A DNA stretch of 64,000 nt, from contig CAVNZM010000003.1 in assembly GCA_963693365.1 (NCBI GenBank), positions 8,724,046-8,788,045 of the forward strand, in the 5' to 3' direction. The notes beneath the pieces were generated by a model. That model worked only from the letters and a program-made list of their open reading frames with translations, was not told where the DNA came from and did no database searches. Of this stretch, positions 1 through 12,500 are shown one piece after another. The translations under genes and the position numbers were made by a program. The stretch comes from Amoebidium appalachense (taxonomy: Eukaryota; Protista; Ichthyosporea). The first letter of the stretch is position 1. Each line of letters starts with the position of its first letter.

Positions 1-2782
1 AGACACACTGCAAGTGAGTGTCGGGTACCCATCTAAGCCCCCGGAGCGTGCTATCCCTTTAGCAAGGTATGTCCAAAGTCACACTTTGCGGTTCCCTCAA
101 ATATCCCATGCCCACAACACCGACTGGGGAGTGGCCTTTTGGCCATCAACCATGTCAAAACTCTCTCTCCCTCCTAACCTCTCTAGGTCATCTGACCACT
201 CTCCTATCCTTTTCCTACCTAAGATCTCCCTTGATCTGCTCCCCCCTCCTCCTCCCACCTTTCGCCTCCGTCTATCCCAGCTTAAGTCACAGTGGGGTAG
301 AGTTGATGTATGTGTATGCTATGCTACGAAACACCCTATATATATGCGCCTATTAGAATCTGCACAAGCCAGGCCAGATTCACATCTCGTACTAGATACA
401 TGCACTAACTTTATTGTTGATGATTTGATAGATCTCGGTGATTATGCTGGCGGTGGTAGGAAGGAATATCCCGATGCTCTCTTGTTACCAAACACCACTC
501 CCGCTAGACTAGGTGAACCCCTGTCTCAAAAGGAAAGCTTGCGCCGGCTTGCTAGTATGAATCGATTTGGCCCCCCTGCTCGTATTATTGGTGATACCAC
601 TGGAGACCCCCTCATAGACTCTGATAAGTATTTCTCGGAACTGTTTAAAGATAGGACCCCCGCTCAGAAACCTATTGTGTGGCCTGTAGACCCATCTATC
701 CCCATAGAATCGATCCTCCCCTTTTTCAGCCCCGATGCCATATGGTCTGTGATATCTAGTTATAGCTCTAGTAAGTCTTGTGGACCTGATGGACTCCCTG
801 CTGGGTTTCTTAAAATCCTTGTTCCCTCCTACCCACAAAAGGAAAGTGATCGTGCTATTAAACCTGATCTTACTATCATGTTAAGCTCTCTCTTTTCTTG
901 GTGTGTTAAATGTGGACATGTCCCGTCATCTTGGTTAGATACCTTAGTGATCCCCATAGTTAAGAAGGACTCTGAGGGCCCCATATCATCCTTTCGCCCC
1001 ATTACACTAACCCAGGTTGTTCGTAGATTCTTTGAAGCTTGCTTACTTAGGTTATTTGCACACCACCCTAGGTTTCAATCTATTCTTCACATACACCCAT
1101 GCCAATCCGCTTTTCGTAAAAACAATTCATGTTATGTTCAAATAATGGCACTGCACGATTCTATGCAAGTTGGTGCACAATATGTTGGCTTTATTGATTG
1201 GAAAACTGCTTACGATTCTGTCTCCCCTGGTCTCCTATGGGAAAAGCTTGCTGCACGGGGTGTACCACACTGCATTGGTGTTCTGTTAGAAGCACTCTTG
1301 TCTCAAACCTATGGTAGAGCTGTGGTTAATGGGCATCTTTCATATGGTTTTGCTCGTACTAGAGGTCTCTTGCAGGGTTCATTGCTTAGCCCCTTTTTGT
1401 TTAACCTATTTATAGATGATTTGGCTGTCAAGATTTACGCCGAAAACGATGACCCTATTAATAACTTTCCGCCTGCACTTCTCTATGCTGATGATCTGTC
1501 CCTCCTTGCCCGTACCCCTAGACGCCTGCAAAGATTGTTCGATGTAGTGTCAGAGTGGTGCAAGGCAAACCTTATGATCCTTAACATAGACAAATGTGGT
1601 GTTCTTGTACCTGATATAGCTAACAATTTACACACATTTACATTATCATCTAAACCTGTACCTATAGTTCCAGAATACAAATATCTTGGTGTTCCGGTTG
1701 ATTCTGTTGGTGTTATGTTTCCCCATATGGTCGAAAAGAGGGTAGAGTTGGCTCGTAAGCGGTTAGCTTTCTTCTCGGCTAATATTTTTAAAGACACACC
1801 CCTCCATCCTTCTATTAGACTTACATTTATTCGCACTTTTGTCTTCCCGGCATGTGAATATGGTTTACCCCTTCTCGCCGCTTGGATCAAGAAAGAGAGA
1901 ACTAGAGCGCTTACACCCTTGGCAAATTTCCTTGAAGCAGAAGTTGCCTCCTTTCTATCTAACAACTGTTGTAAACCTGGGCCTGTAACGCTCTCGATAT
2001 ATGGTCTGGTCCCAATAGCTGCTAGAGTATCCTATCTCGCGCTGAAATTCAATAAGCACATAAGCCGCTTAAAGAAGTATTTGCCCTCCCACCCTCTCTT
2101 CTCTATCCGACCTGTCCCCTCCTCACCTCTCCCCTCTTTCCTCCCCTCTCTCTCCCCTTCTCCCCTGGGCACAAATACAAATAAACCCCGCAATAGTGTG
2201 TGTGTGACTTTGGACTGCCACTTACTTATTAAACATGTACACAATCACAAGATAATCACGCAATATAACAAATGGAAAAAGATACCACACAACACTAGAC
2301 CCGATGAAAGCATACACCTTGAAAAACTAAGCCTTATGTCTCGTTTTATATATACTGACCGCCTCAACCATATTGCCAAATATGGCACTCGCAAGTGTAT
2401 AACACCTAAATACATATTACCTTCCTGTAGAACTGGTCTTTCTCTAGCTGATGGTATTATTGATCAATTACCACGCTTTTACTGTACACGTGCTATACAG
2501 TGGAGATCTAATAAGTATAAGGTGGCATCATTTGCATGCCCAAACAACACACACACACACCAGTTTAACCGGTCATGTATCGCCAAATGTAGTTTGATAG
2601 ACCACATAATACCGCAACACACACACGTCACATTCACAACAGACACCCAGAAAGATAGCCTACCTGTAAATTACAACATCCTTGATTTTATACTAAACAC
2701 GCGTAACTACGACCTGTTTATTAGATGTATTGATTGGCTTGAGAAACACATCACTACAAAATTATAGCGCACACACACACAC

Positions 2783-2845
<63 letters not shown>

Positions 2846-2924
2846 CCAGCTGATACCGAGTGTCCCGAGGGAAGCCCCTTTAAAAAAATTAAAATTAAAA
2901 TTAAAAAAAAAATTAAAACACACA

Positions 2925-2987
<63 letters not shown>

Positions 2988-3038
2988 CCAGCTGATACCG
3001 AGTGTCCCGAGGGAAGCCCCTTTAAAAAATTAAAATTA

Positions 3039-3104
<66 letters not shown>

Positions 3105-3299
3105 GGGGAACCCCAACTAATTGATTTCTCCTTGTAGTCTTTATGGTGTCTCGTAGAGAAAGTAAACCCTGATATATAGTCACCACCCGACATCTATGTA
3201 CGTGATCATGATATACCGCTGAGGGGATATTCCGAGCAAAACCCCCCCCCATACCTGAGACTGGTTCTCTTTGCCTCGAGTAAACAGCGTAAACCCCCG
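1..3299 (+). mobile_element. Non-LTR retrotransposon (LINE) copy 1, 5' end outside the window; ORF plus a 3' UTR of (CA)n, poly(A) and a ~195-bp terminal segment ending AAACCCCC(G)
   Basis: Near-identical to the inverted copy at 22778-24775 through to ...gcgtaaacccccg, after which the two flanks diverge. Confidence 0.93.
14..2767 (+). CDS. LINE ORF2-type protein: end of AP endonuclease, reverse transcriptase, Cys/His C-terminus (5'-partial)
   Basis: SDHSPI (APE C-terminal motif); RT motifs KSCGPDG, FRPITL, QSAFR, FIDWKTAYDSV, LLQGSLLSPFLF, YADD, YKYLG; 917 codons open. Confidence 0.95.
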   Translation: MSVGYPSKPPERAIPLARYVQSHTLRFPQISHAHNTDWGVAFWPSTMSKLSLPPNLSRSSDHSPILFLPKISLDLLPPPPPTFRLRLSQLKSQWGRVDVCVCYATKHPIYMRLLESAQARPDSHLVLDTCTNFIVDDLIDLGDYAGGGRKEYPDALLLPNTTPARLGEPLSQKESLRRLASMNRFGPPARIIGDTTGDPLIDSDKYFSELFKDRTPAQKPIVWPVDPSIPIESILPFFSPDAIWSVISSYSSSKSCGPDGLPAGFLKILVPSYPQKESDRAIKPDLTIMLSSLFSWCVKCGHVPSSWLDTLVIPIVKKDSEGPISSFRPITLTQVVRRFFEACLLRLFAHHPRFQSILHIHPCQSAFRKNNSCYVQIMALHDSMQVGAQYVGFIDWKTAYDSVSPGLLWEKLAARGVPHCIGVLLEALLSQTYGRAVVNGHLSYGFARTRGLLQGSLLSPFLFNLFIDDLAVKIYAENDDPINNFPPALLYADDLSLLARTPRRLQRLFDVVSEWCKANLMILNIDKCGVLVPDIANNLHTFTLSSKPVPIVPEYKYLGVPVDSVGVMFPHMVEKRVELARKRLAFFSANIFKDTPLHPSIRLTFIRTFVFPACEYGLPLLAAWIKKERTRALTPLANFLEAEVASFLSNNCCKPGPVTLSIYGLVPIAARVSYLALKFNKHISRLKKYLPSHPLFSIRPVPSSPLPSFLPSLSPSPLGTNTNKPRNSVCVTLDCHLLIKHVHNHKIITQYNKWKKIPHNTRPDESIHLEKLSLMSRFIYTDRLNHIAKYGTRKCITPKYILPSCRTGLSLADGIIDQLPRFYCTRAIQWRSNKYKVASFACPNNTHTHQFNRSCIAKCSLIDHIIPQHTHVTFTTDTQKDSLPVNYNILDFILNTRNYDLFIRCIDWLEKHITTKL

Positions 3300-3765
3300 A
3301 AGGCGTTTGCCGCAGATTTTTTTGAAAATGCCGCCTTCCAAATAAGGCTAATCATTGCTTTTGGCGCGAAAATATAGCCATATATGGCACTGTTTATTAG
3401 TTTTTGGCACTGATGGCGCCGGGCCTTGAACTTTGATGAAAAAACGAATCTTTCTTTTATGTTCGTGGCATCAACTACTCCTGTTGTTCGTAACATCTCG
3501 TATAGCTGTTGATAAGGAGACTTTACAGTCAGCCTGAAGGTGCCTTAAAGTTAGCCCCACTCCTTGCAATGCCAAGTTGTCGGTGCGCAAATGCCCATAA
3601 CATCTGAGCTTGTACGTTTGGGGCCGATGATGGTACCACATCAGTTTTTCTTACGCAGCACTGTTAAACGAGACATAAGCGACAGTGCGAGAGCGCCTTC
3701 AAAAACCATTGTAACAAAAGGAAACCTCACGTTGGCTTGCGGGGGGAGAAAAAACAACAGTGGAG

Positions 3766-4163
3766 ATGGCTCAAGAGCAAACCTCTGCCATGGTGGCACG
3801 AAAGCGAGAGATGTATGAAAAACGGGTGAGAGCAGATGTCCTTGTGAGGGCCAAGCACCCCAACGGAGAACACACAGACCTCTACGCCAACAGCTTTGCC
3901 TTGGTGAGTTAACCTCCTTGTCACGGTATCTTTGAGAAGCTGTACCGTACTGTAGACGACGAGGGAGCTCTTGACGAGGGTTTCTAGCTCTCGTCGAAGA
4001 CGTCACCTCTAGCTGTCACCTCTTCCTAGGAGTGCAGCAGTGCCTTTTTGACAAGTGAGCCAATGCTTCAGGAACTAATTGATATAATATTATCATCTCC
4101 CCCCCTCCCCAACTCCCCCCTCTCCTCCCTGTCCCATCCTCCTCCCCCCCCCCCTCCCCCCCC

Positions 4164-4194
<31 letters not shown>

Positions 4195-5274
4195 ACACAC
4201 GCACACACACATGTACACACCACAACTACAAAAGAGAAATAAAAAGAAAAGAAGAAGAAAAGAAAACTGTTACGATTTGTGCAGGTAGATTTCGAATTAT
4301 TTCTTTTAGTTGTCCGCTGCCTACAGCTCTGTTTTGAAAGACCACAACTGATGACCGATTTTTCTTTTCAAGTTTCCAAGTTCTGTTTCCAACTCAGCCC
4401 GTTCCCCCTCCCCTCTTCCCCCCCCCTCCCCCCCTCCCCCCTCCCCACCCTCCCCCCCGGAAAAACCCCCCACAAACCCACACATGCATCCCACCCACCC
4501 ACACACATGCATACGCACACATGCAGGCAACAAATTTGATGCCTTGTCCTTATGACTCACTACAAAGTTTCTAACAAACACGGTCGTTTTACCGTTTACA
4601 GACCATGGCTGGGGACCAGTGGGCTACCCTCCTCCAGCTACAGTCTGAATCAGCCGCCCCAGCTGCGGCTAGCGACGCCCAAGGGTTCCAGCTGCTTGAA
4701 TTCAGTGACGTGGATGCATCCACTTTGGACACTATTCTGCGCTACTGCTATGGCATCCCTCTTGATGCGCCCACAACCATGACCCTCGAAATGGCAATTT
4801 TGCTGCTGAATGCTGCTGAAAAGGTGCGATTGATTTTTTAAGCGTGGGATGGTCAAAATGTGTGTTCACAGTTATGTAGTCAATATTACCGAGTCCTGAT
4901 CGGTCAGATGGACACGTAACAGTTGTTGGACCAGATGGCGCCGGTGTTCAGGACATGTGTGTGTCTGTGTACGTTGACTTTTCTTGCATGCGCGCGACTG
5001 TACGTGCGTGTGTGTGTACGTGATGGCGGTGGTGTTGGTGGGAAGAGGGGGGGGAGGGGGGGGGGGGAGCGAGGGAAGGGCGGGCCCGGGGGGGGGGGGG
5101 GGGGGGGGGGGATGGGCGGGGGCTGCCGCGATTCAGAGGCACAAGCTTTGGCTCGGTTGTAAGGGTTACAATTGATTCTCTTGACTTATGTGAAGATTAT
5201 CGGCATCAGCTTTTCCTATTTTGACGATTAACTTCATTTTGCGCTTACGTTTTGTGGGGGGAGGGAGGGAGGGG

Positions 5275-5332
<58 letters not shown>

Positions 5333-6513
5333 GTGGACAGGGCATGGACACGTGTGTGTACATTTTTGATTTTTTCATTCTTCCTTTTTTTTTTTTTTTT
5401 TTTTTTTGCCGGGAGGGGAGGGGGGGGGGGGGGGGGAGGGGGGGGGAGGTCATATTCAATCCCCAGGTTCATTCTACAACTAACTCTCCCTTCGTCCAGT
5501 TTGCCATGATGGATCTGACGCAACAGCTTCTCTCTCTCCCATGCATCCAAACAATGAGCTTCAAAGACAACCAAGCCCTCTTCCTCCGTGTCCTTACCAA
5601 CTCCACAGGCGACTACACACCGAGCTTCTCCCCTCGCCGCAACCCCAAACGCATGAAACTACCCGAAGACAAACAAAAACCCGACCCAAAAATGACCCCT
5701 CTTCCTTGCATGTATGCACCACTGCGCGACACCATTCAGTCATCGATGGTTGCCAACGCCTCTTCTTTCTTCACCAACCCATCGCTACTAGTGAACATAA
5801 CCCCTCGTGTCGCACGATACGTGTTGTCCCATGATCTTCTACCAATGAATGAGATCCAAGCATTCCGTGCGGCATTTGATTGGTCCAAAGCCACCGGGTA
5901 CGACTTCAGTCTTGTAGCCGACACTATCCGTTTCCCACAGATGTCAGCTTTGGAAATCGACGAAGTTATTCTTTCAGAGGCAGTAAACCCATCTGTCCTA
6001 AATGACGCATTCCGTGCATCCCTGTACGTTCCCGCTAACCTTATGCCCAAGCGCCAATTGGGCGGAAAATGGCCGAAAAAGTGGCTCACTCCCCGCCTCG
6101 TGCAAGAAGTATCCCTCGCCATCCACCCAACCCAACACACAGAAGTCGATTTCAAGGCAGGTGGGCTCACATGGACAATGGAAGGGAACTATTGGTCGGA
6201 AGAGGAAAATGGCACCAGGACAGAATGGTTCAGCCTATCTATTGATCCAAAAGCGACGACAGAGGCCGAAACAACTCTTATGCCTCATCGTAGTTACCTT
6301 GTGCACGCCGCGCCACTCCTTTCGTGCACGTCTGCAGAGCAAAAATCGGACACAGGGAAGTCGTTTGGGTCTGATACGTGGACTGCGTGCGATACGGGCA
6401 CGGGTAAAGGGCATTATGTGACGCGTGCACAGGCGGAGGCGTGGTGCGTGGGTGGGGTGATGAAGGTGATGGTGGGTGTGTTTGTAAGGGAGAACCATTT
6501 TGTTTTGTGCTAA
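3766..6513 (+). CDS. BTB/POZ-BACK domain protein with a possible MATH-like C-terminus (spliced)
   Basis: Exons approx. 3766-3903 (RADVLVRAKH..LYANSFAL), 4030-4054 (ECSSAFL), 4602-4823 (FSDVDASTLDTILRYCYG..LLNAAEK), 5500-6513 (EIQAFRAAFDW, IRFPQMS = BACK-like). The phase between exons 2 and 3 is not resolved. Confidence 0.75.
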
Positions 6514-6782
6514 CGGGAGCCAGCCCGTGCCGGCTAGCGAATGGTGAGTACGTCAAACATAGCATATTCGATAGGCCTAGAGCCAAGCCATTGAGATTTA
6601 TCATCATGATTGGTCCAGTTTGAAGAAGTATATTTGGTTAGTGACTTAAAGGGGTGGGCTCACTTCTGTTGCTAACTTATATCGGAGTAGTTTACTGCAG
6701 ATGCATATATAGATTAGGGTGAATCACATCAAAAGAACAAGCGCACATGCGCATAGCACCCCGGGGGGTGGGTGGTGGTGGT

Positions 6783-6813
<31 letters not shown>

Positions 6814-7241
6814 GGGGGGGGGGCGGGGAGGGGGAGGGGGGGGGGGAGGGGGGGGGAGGGGGGGGAGGGGAGGGCAGGTTGTATGGATTAGAGGATCGGA
6901 CCTCTGGGGAGAAGGGGAGACGTGGTGATAATCCAAATCGATGTCATATTTGTTGAACATGCATTTTTGTACCTGTACGTGTTTAAAAGCAAGTCCAGCC
7001 TGCCTTGTTCAGAACGAATGATATCCTAGGCCTATCAACACACAGTATTTATCGTCAACACCTATCTAGTGGGGTATACAGTCAAACCATTCATTCTCTA
7101 CTACACGATACCTACGCAAACTGGGTGGACGGTGTATGTGTGGATGTCTGTGTGTGTGTGGCACGTACTTGTGAGTTTGGGGAGTTTCAGTATGTGTGTT
7201 AACAGTGAGTGAGAGAGAGAGAGAGAGTGTGTGTGTTTTTT

Positions 7242-7276
<35 letters not shown>

Positions 7277-7291
7277 TACACATGTGTGATG

Positions 7292-7499
7292 TCATGCAGC
7301 AGGGGCATTCTTATTTGGGCGGCCCACAATAAGATATGTGGTGCCAAAATGCCAACGGGTGGTTTCCTCGATCTCGATATTGGCTTGTTGGACAAGAGAG
7401 AGGATCGGTCGGTTCCACCAGCAGCCCCTGGAAAGAAAACGGAAAAAAAGTTAGAATGAGTATGTGAAAGCCACAGAATGCATATAAACCGTCGTGTCC

Positions 7500-7540
<41 letters not shown>

Positions 7541-8920
7541 TGATCCTCTTATTTCTTTCTCTTTTCTTCCCTTTCTTTCCTTTTCCCTTTCCCTTTCCCT
7601 TTTCTTTCCCTTTCTTTCTTTTTTTCTTTTCTTTTTCTTTTCTTTTTTTTTTTTTTTGGCACAGGCGGGGGGGGGGGGGGGGGGGGGGGGGGATTACTTC
7701 AAACCCGTGTCATGTATGCTGTTTTGTGGTGTTGAGCTAAACTACTGGATGTCTATAACATCATACTTACAGACTGAATATATTGGGTTCTGGTTTACAC
7801 ACTTGGAAGAAGGGTCTGTTCCCGTAAACACTACTATCATCTGTATGTCTCTATGTCTACGTTTGTGCATGTTGTTGTATGCACATATGCCTGAGTGTTG
7901 TGTGAGTGATGGTAATGTAGGTAGGGAAGGGCAGGGAAGGAGAGAGGAGGGAGGGGAGGTAGGCGTGGGGGTTAACAAGCGCGCGCGCACGCGTGTGTGT
8001 GTGTGCGCGCGCGCGTCCGCGTCGCGGGGCACACACGCGCGCGTCCGCGTGTGCGCGCCGTGGGGGAGGGAAGGGAGGGGGAGAGGAGGAGGGGCAAAGC
8101 ACCATTTCTCAGCATGTTTGGGGGCATGCTTGTCCAGTATCTTTGTCAGCCAATCATAGCGGGACTGTCCGTGCTCGAGAAGCAGAATCCGACCCTCAGG
8201 CTGAGTAACATTGGGTGAGATGGATACAGCAGCGAAAAGAAAAACCGACCCCCCCCCACCCCCCCCCTCCCCGCCCCTCTTTTCTCCGTTTCATACCGCT
8301 CCTCCCATGCCACAAATTAGAAGCAAACCCCATGACACCTCTTACTTGACTCTCCCCGGTCTGCCACTTACCAAGGGCAACGGGGAGAAAACGGAAGGAG
8401 GGAAGCGGGAGAACAACTCTACACAGTAAGACACACACGTGCAGCGCTTACATCGAGCAGAATAAACATTCCGTGGGGGCCACAGCCACCTCCCTCAATC
8501 ACACCTCCTGCTTATGACGGAATCAGAGTGAAGGTATATTGGGGGGGGGGGGGGGGGAAGAAGTGTGGGGAGGGGGGGGGGGGGGGGGTGGGGAAGAGAA
8601 AGGGGGGAGAAGCAGATACACGCACAAACACGAGCACTCTTGCAGGGGAAGGGCGGGGTGTACGGGTGGGTTTTTTATACTATGCTATACATTATATTTT
8701 ATTTTTATTATTATTTTTTTTTGTGGGTGGATGGGTGGATGGGTTTTTTTTTTGGGGGGGAGGGGGGGGGGGGGGGGATGTACGATACCTTGCAGACGCG
8801 TGTCATTTCTTTAAGGGCAGCCACAGGGTCAGTGCACGAGCAGAGGCCAAAGGTGTCCACCACTGTGTCAAAGCTGTTGTCTGCGTGTGGGAGGTGTTCC
8901 ACATTCTCGACGGAATAGCT

Positions 8921-8979
<59 letters not shown>

Positions 8980-9321
8980 GGTGTGTTTGTGTGCACGCGC
9001 ATGTGTGTGAATGACGAGTAAGGCAACGAAGGCAAAGGTGAGCCGAATGGTCCCCGCCCTCCCCCTCCCCAACCTTATCCTCCCGCTCCCTCCCCTCTCC
9101 CCTTCTTTTTATATCCGTGTGGGTCATCTTCTTTTCATGTCTGAGTACAACAGGTGTGTGGGTTCACCTAGTCTGTGCATATAGTCCCGTATAATGTGTG
9201 CAAGTTTTGGAAGACCAAAACTCGTTGGTGGTGGTGGTGATGGAGGGGAGGGGAGGGGGGAGCCCCCTTCCCAAAAAACCTGCGAGCAAACAAACAACCA
9301 AAAAACTTTGAAACAAACAAA

Positions 9322-9361
<40 letters not shown>

Positions 9362-10068
9362 ACACACAAAAACACAAACAAAGATTACACCCAGACACCT
9401 ACCGAAACAAAATCCACATAGCTCCCCCCCCCCCCCCCCCCCCCCCTACTCATCTGCCCCCACAGAACACCCCCACGTACCCTCTGAATACTTGGGCTGC
9501 TTTTTCTCCTGTGCCATTTTCAGCATTGAGGCACTGCTGTCTGAAATTGTGACGTGTGTGGCCTTGGCTGTGTAGTAGCTGTTGTTTCGCCCCGTGCCTG
9601 TTTGAGTTCTTAAATTTAGACTGTTATACTTTATCATTTGTTCAAGATGATATTGATTATGTCTGAATATATCATCATCTGCTAAAGATGATATGGATAC
9701 AGGTCTGGTTATGGCGGGAGAAAGAGTGTGTGAGAGGGAGAGGAGTGCAAAAGGATGTTGGTGGTGCATTTCAAAGAGAGTAGGAAGTGCAAGGATAGGT
9801 CGACATCCGGGAAGGAAGGTTGGGGGGGCGGCGGCGAGGGGGGGGGGGGGGGGGGGGGGGGGACAGGGGGAGGGGGGGGGGGGGGGGGTTTGGAAGGACG
9901 GAGGGGTTTTTTTTTTTTTTTTTTTTGGGAGGAGAGGGGGGGGGGGGGGGGGGGGGAGGGGGGGGGGTAGGATCGATAAATGAAAGATAAAGTGAGCAGC
10001 CTTTGACCCCTGTGTCTATATGACATTTGCTGAACGCATGACATGCACTTTCACCTTGACCAACCACT

Positions 10069-10099
<31 letters not shown>

Positions 10100-11571
10100 T
10101 GCCTGCGGCACACCGATCCTTTCTCTTGTACAAAACAAAAATATATCATACAGGCAGGTAAGGAGATGAGAACCATATTATCAGATTTCAACCACATATC
10201 CGAAATATTCCCATGTCGGATGCACCAAGAACTATTGCAAAAATCCTGGAATATCTGGAAATTTCAACACACCCCACCCTCACCAGCTGACACCTCCAAC
10301 ACCTTCAATCCACAGCTACCTTGAATCTTGTTATAATTAATGCATGAAAACTATCACCAACATCCTAGAATATATCCAGAAATTTCAGTATATCCCACTC
10401 ACCAGCAGACACTTCCAGCACCTTCCCCTCAGCCATCTTGCATACTCTCCTCCTTAGCAACGGCAAACCCATCAGAAATTCATCAACTTTAATAGTTTTG
10501 TCGTATGTAGGTGCATTTCGTTGCCACACGTCCGCCCCTTCACCCACTTGTTTCTGTTTGCGAAACTGCTCGAGTTCTAACTCTTCTTCCGTTTTCTGGA
10601 GATGATAGACCAAAATCAGAAAGCATACAAAAACATAACAATCATGCATGTCACACACAGAGGGTTGTTTTCACAGACAGATTCATATGTCCCCCCTCCC
10701 CCCCCCCCCCAACACACACACACACACACATACACCACCACCACCACCCAAAAAACAAAGAAAGAAAGGAGAACATTTAGTGCGCCTTCCTAGCAAAACA
10801 AGGAAATAAACGACTCTACCCCAGGTGTGCCAAAGCCAAATATATTAACTATGATACCCCCCATTTCCCCTCTTTTTTTCGAATCATCCGGTTTTTCAAT
10901 AGAGACAAACGGACATGGAGGACCGCGAGAAGTAAAAGCACGCTCCGGAAGGAGAAAGGGGAAAATGGCGTGGGTGGCTTGTGTGGTTGTCTTGCATGCC
11001 CGGGCTAAAACGTGAAGGAGGGAGGGTGGAGAAGAGCGCAAGAGGGGGGGACGAGGGGGGAGGGAGGAATGAGGGTAGGGAGGATGGGAGAGAGGGAGGG
11101 AGGGAACGGACCGGGAGAAAGAGAGGAGGGTGGGTAGGTGGGTGGGGTAACCGGGGGAGTGGGGGAGGGGGCATGACGGGAGGGAGGGTAGGAACGAGGG
11201 AGGAAGGGAGGGCGGAGAGAGCGAGAGTGCGGAGGAAGGGAGGGAGGGGCATGGACAAGGGAGGGAGGGGAGGGGGGGGGGGGGAGAGAGAGGGGGGGGG
11301 GGGCGCGGGGAGATAGAGAGAGAGAGAGGGAGGGGGGAAAGGGAGGGAGGGAGGGAGGGAGGGAGGGAGGGAGTGAAGAAGGGAAGGAGGGAGGGAGGGA
11401 GTGAGGGAAGGGAGGGAGGGAGGGAGGGAGGGAGGGGGGAGGGGCGGGAGGGAAGGAGGGAGGGGGGGGGGAGGAAGTGGGGACGGAGGGAGGGAGGGGG
11501 GGGGGGGAGGGAGGGAGGGAGGAAGGGGGAGGGAGGGGGGAGGGAGGGAGGGAGGGAGGGAGGGGGAGGGG

Positions 11572-11609
<38 letters not shown>

Positions 11610-11639
11610 CGGAGGGAGAGGATGGAGGGAGAAGGGGGG

Positions 11640-11688
<49 letters not shown>

Positions 11689-12010
11689 GAAGAGAAATCA
11701 GAGAGGGATTCCAGGGTAAGAAGGGGGTGGGGGGGTAGGAGGTGGGGAAGGGAAAGGGGAAGGGGGAAGCAAGGCTGTGTGAGAATGTGAAAACGAGGAA
11801 CATGAAGAAGTCAAAGAAACATGAGTGAGAATGATGCCATGAGCAGTGTACAGCTCTTTTGCCTGAGCAAGGTGAGTGGGTCGAGAGGGGGTACGTGGGG
11901 GTTGGGTAGGGACATACCGGCCTTGAGCCAAAGTATTTATAGGCCAACCCCGCTGTGCCGGCATACAACAGCACACCCCCAAGAGCCAACTGCCCCTTTG
12001 AAACGCCCAT
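7292..12010 (-). CDS. OMS1: OMS1-like class I SAM-dependent methyltransferase with N-terminal membrane anchor (6 exons)
   Basis: Exons approx. 12010-11918, 10596-10402, 9598-9481, 8920-8789, 8200-8103, 7427-7292. Motifs VLEVSAGTGRN, SFDTVVDTFGLCS, GRILLLEHG, GCWWNR, WHFGTTY; GT-AG borders. Confidence 0.85.
11020..11770. repeat. Long purine-rich (GGGA/GA/G)n tract in intron 1 of the OMS1-like gene
   Basis: About 750 bp of almost pure purine on the + strand. Confidence 0.9.
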
Positions 12011-12300
12011 GGCTGACTATAATTCTGAAAGTGTACCGGTGGTAAGGATGGATACCACCTGTTAAGATTTTGCTAAGGCGAAGAATTTACAGAAAATTGG
12101 ACAAAAGAAGCAAGAATTGAATCACTTGAAAGGTTGAATTACTTGAAAGGGCCCTCAGATGTGCACTTGGGTCAGGTGTTGCATCTGTGAGCTTCAGCAC
12201 AGGACAGACGGGGTGTTGCAATAAGTGTTGGTACACACTTCGGAGGGAGAAACAAAGAAGAAAAATGCGACTGCAGTTATGCTTTCTTTCGAGAATATGT

Positions 12301-12500
12301 AAACACCAAGGCCTCCTAGATACAACAGGCCTTGGTAAACACACACTTGCAAGAATAAAAAAAGCGGTTGCACACACTGACATAAACACGTGGCAAATGC
12401 AAACACCAAGGCCTCCTAGATACAACAGGCCTTGGTAAACACACACTTGCAAGAATAAAAAAAGCGGTTGCACATACTGACATAAACACGTGGCAAATGC
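12301..12500. repeat. 100-bp direct tandem duplication (2 copies, 1 mismatch)
   Basis: aaacaccaaggcc...tggcaaatgc at 12301-12400 and 12401-12500. Confidence 0.95.

Noticed and set aside
3104-3299. Segment after the LINE poly(A) as a separate target gene (snRNA/rRNA) or MITE
   Set aside because: I recognise no snRNA or rRNA sequence, and the TSD of copy 2 lies outside the segment, so it travels with the LINE.
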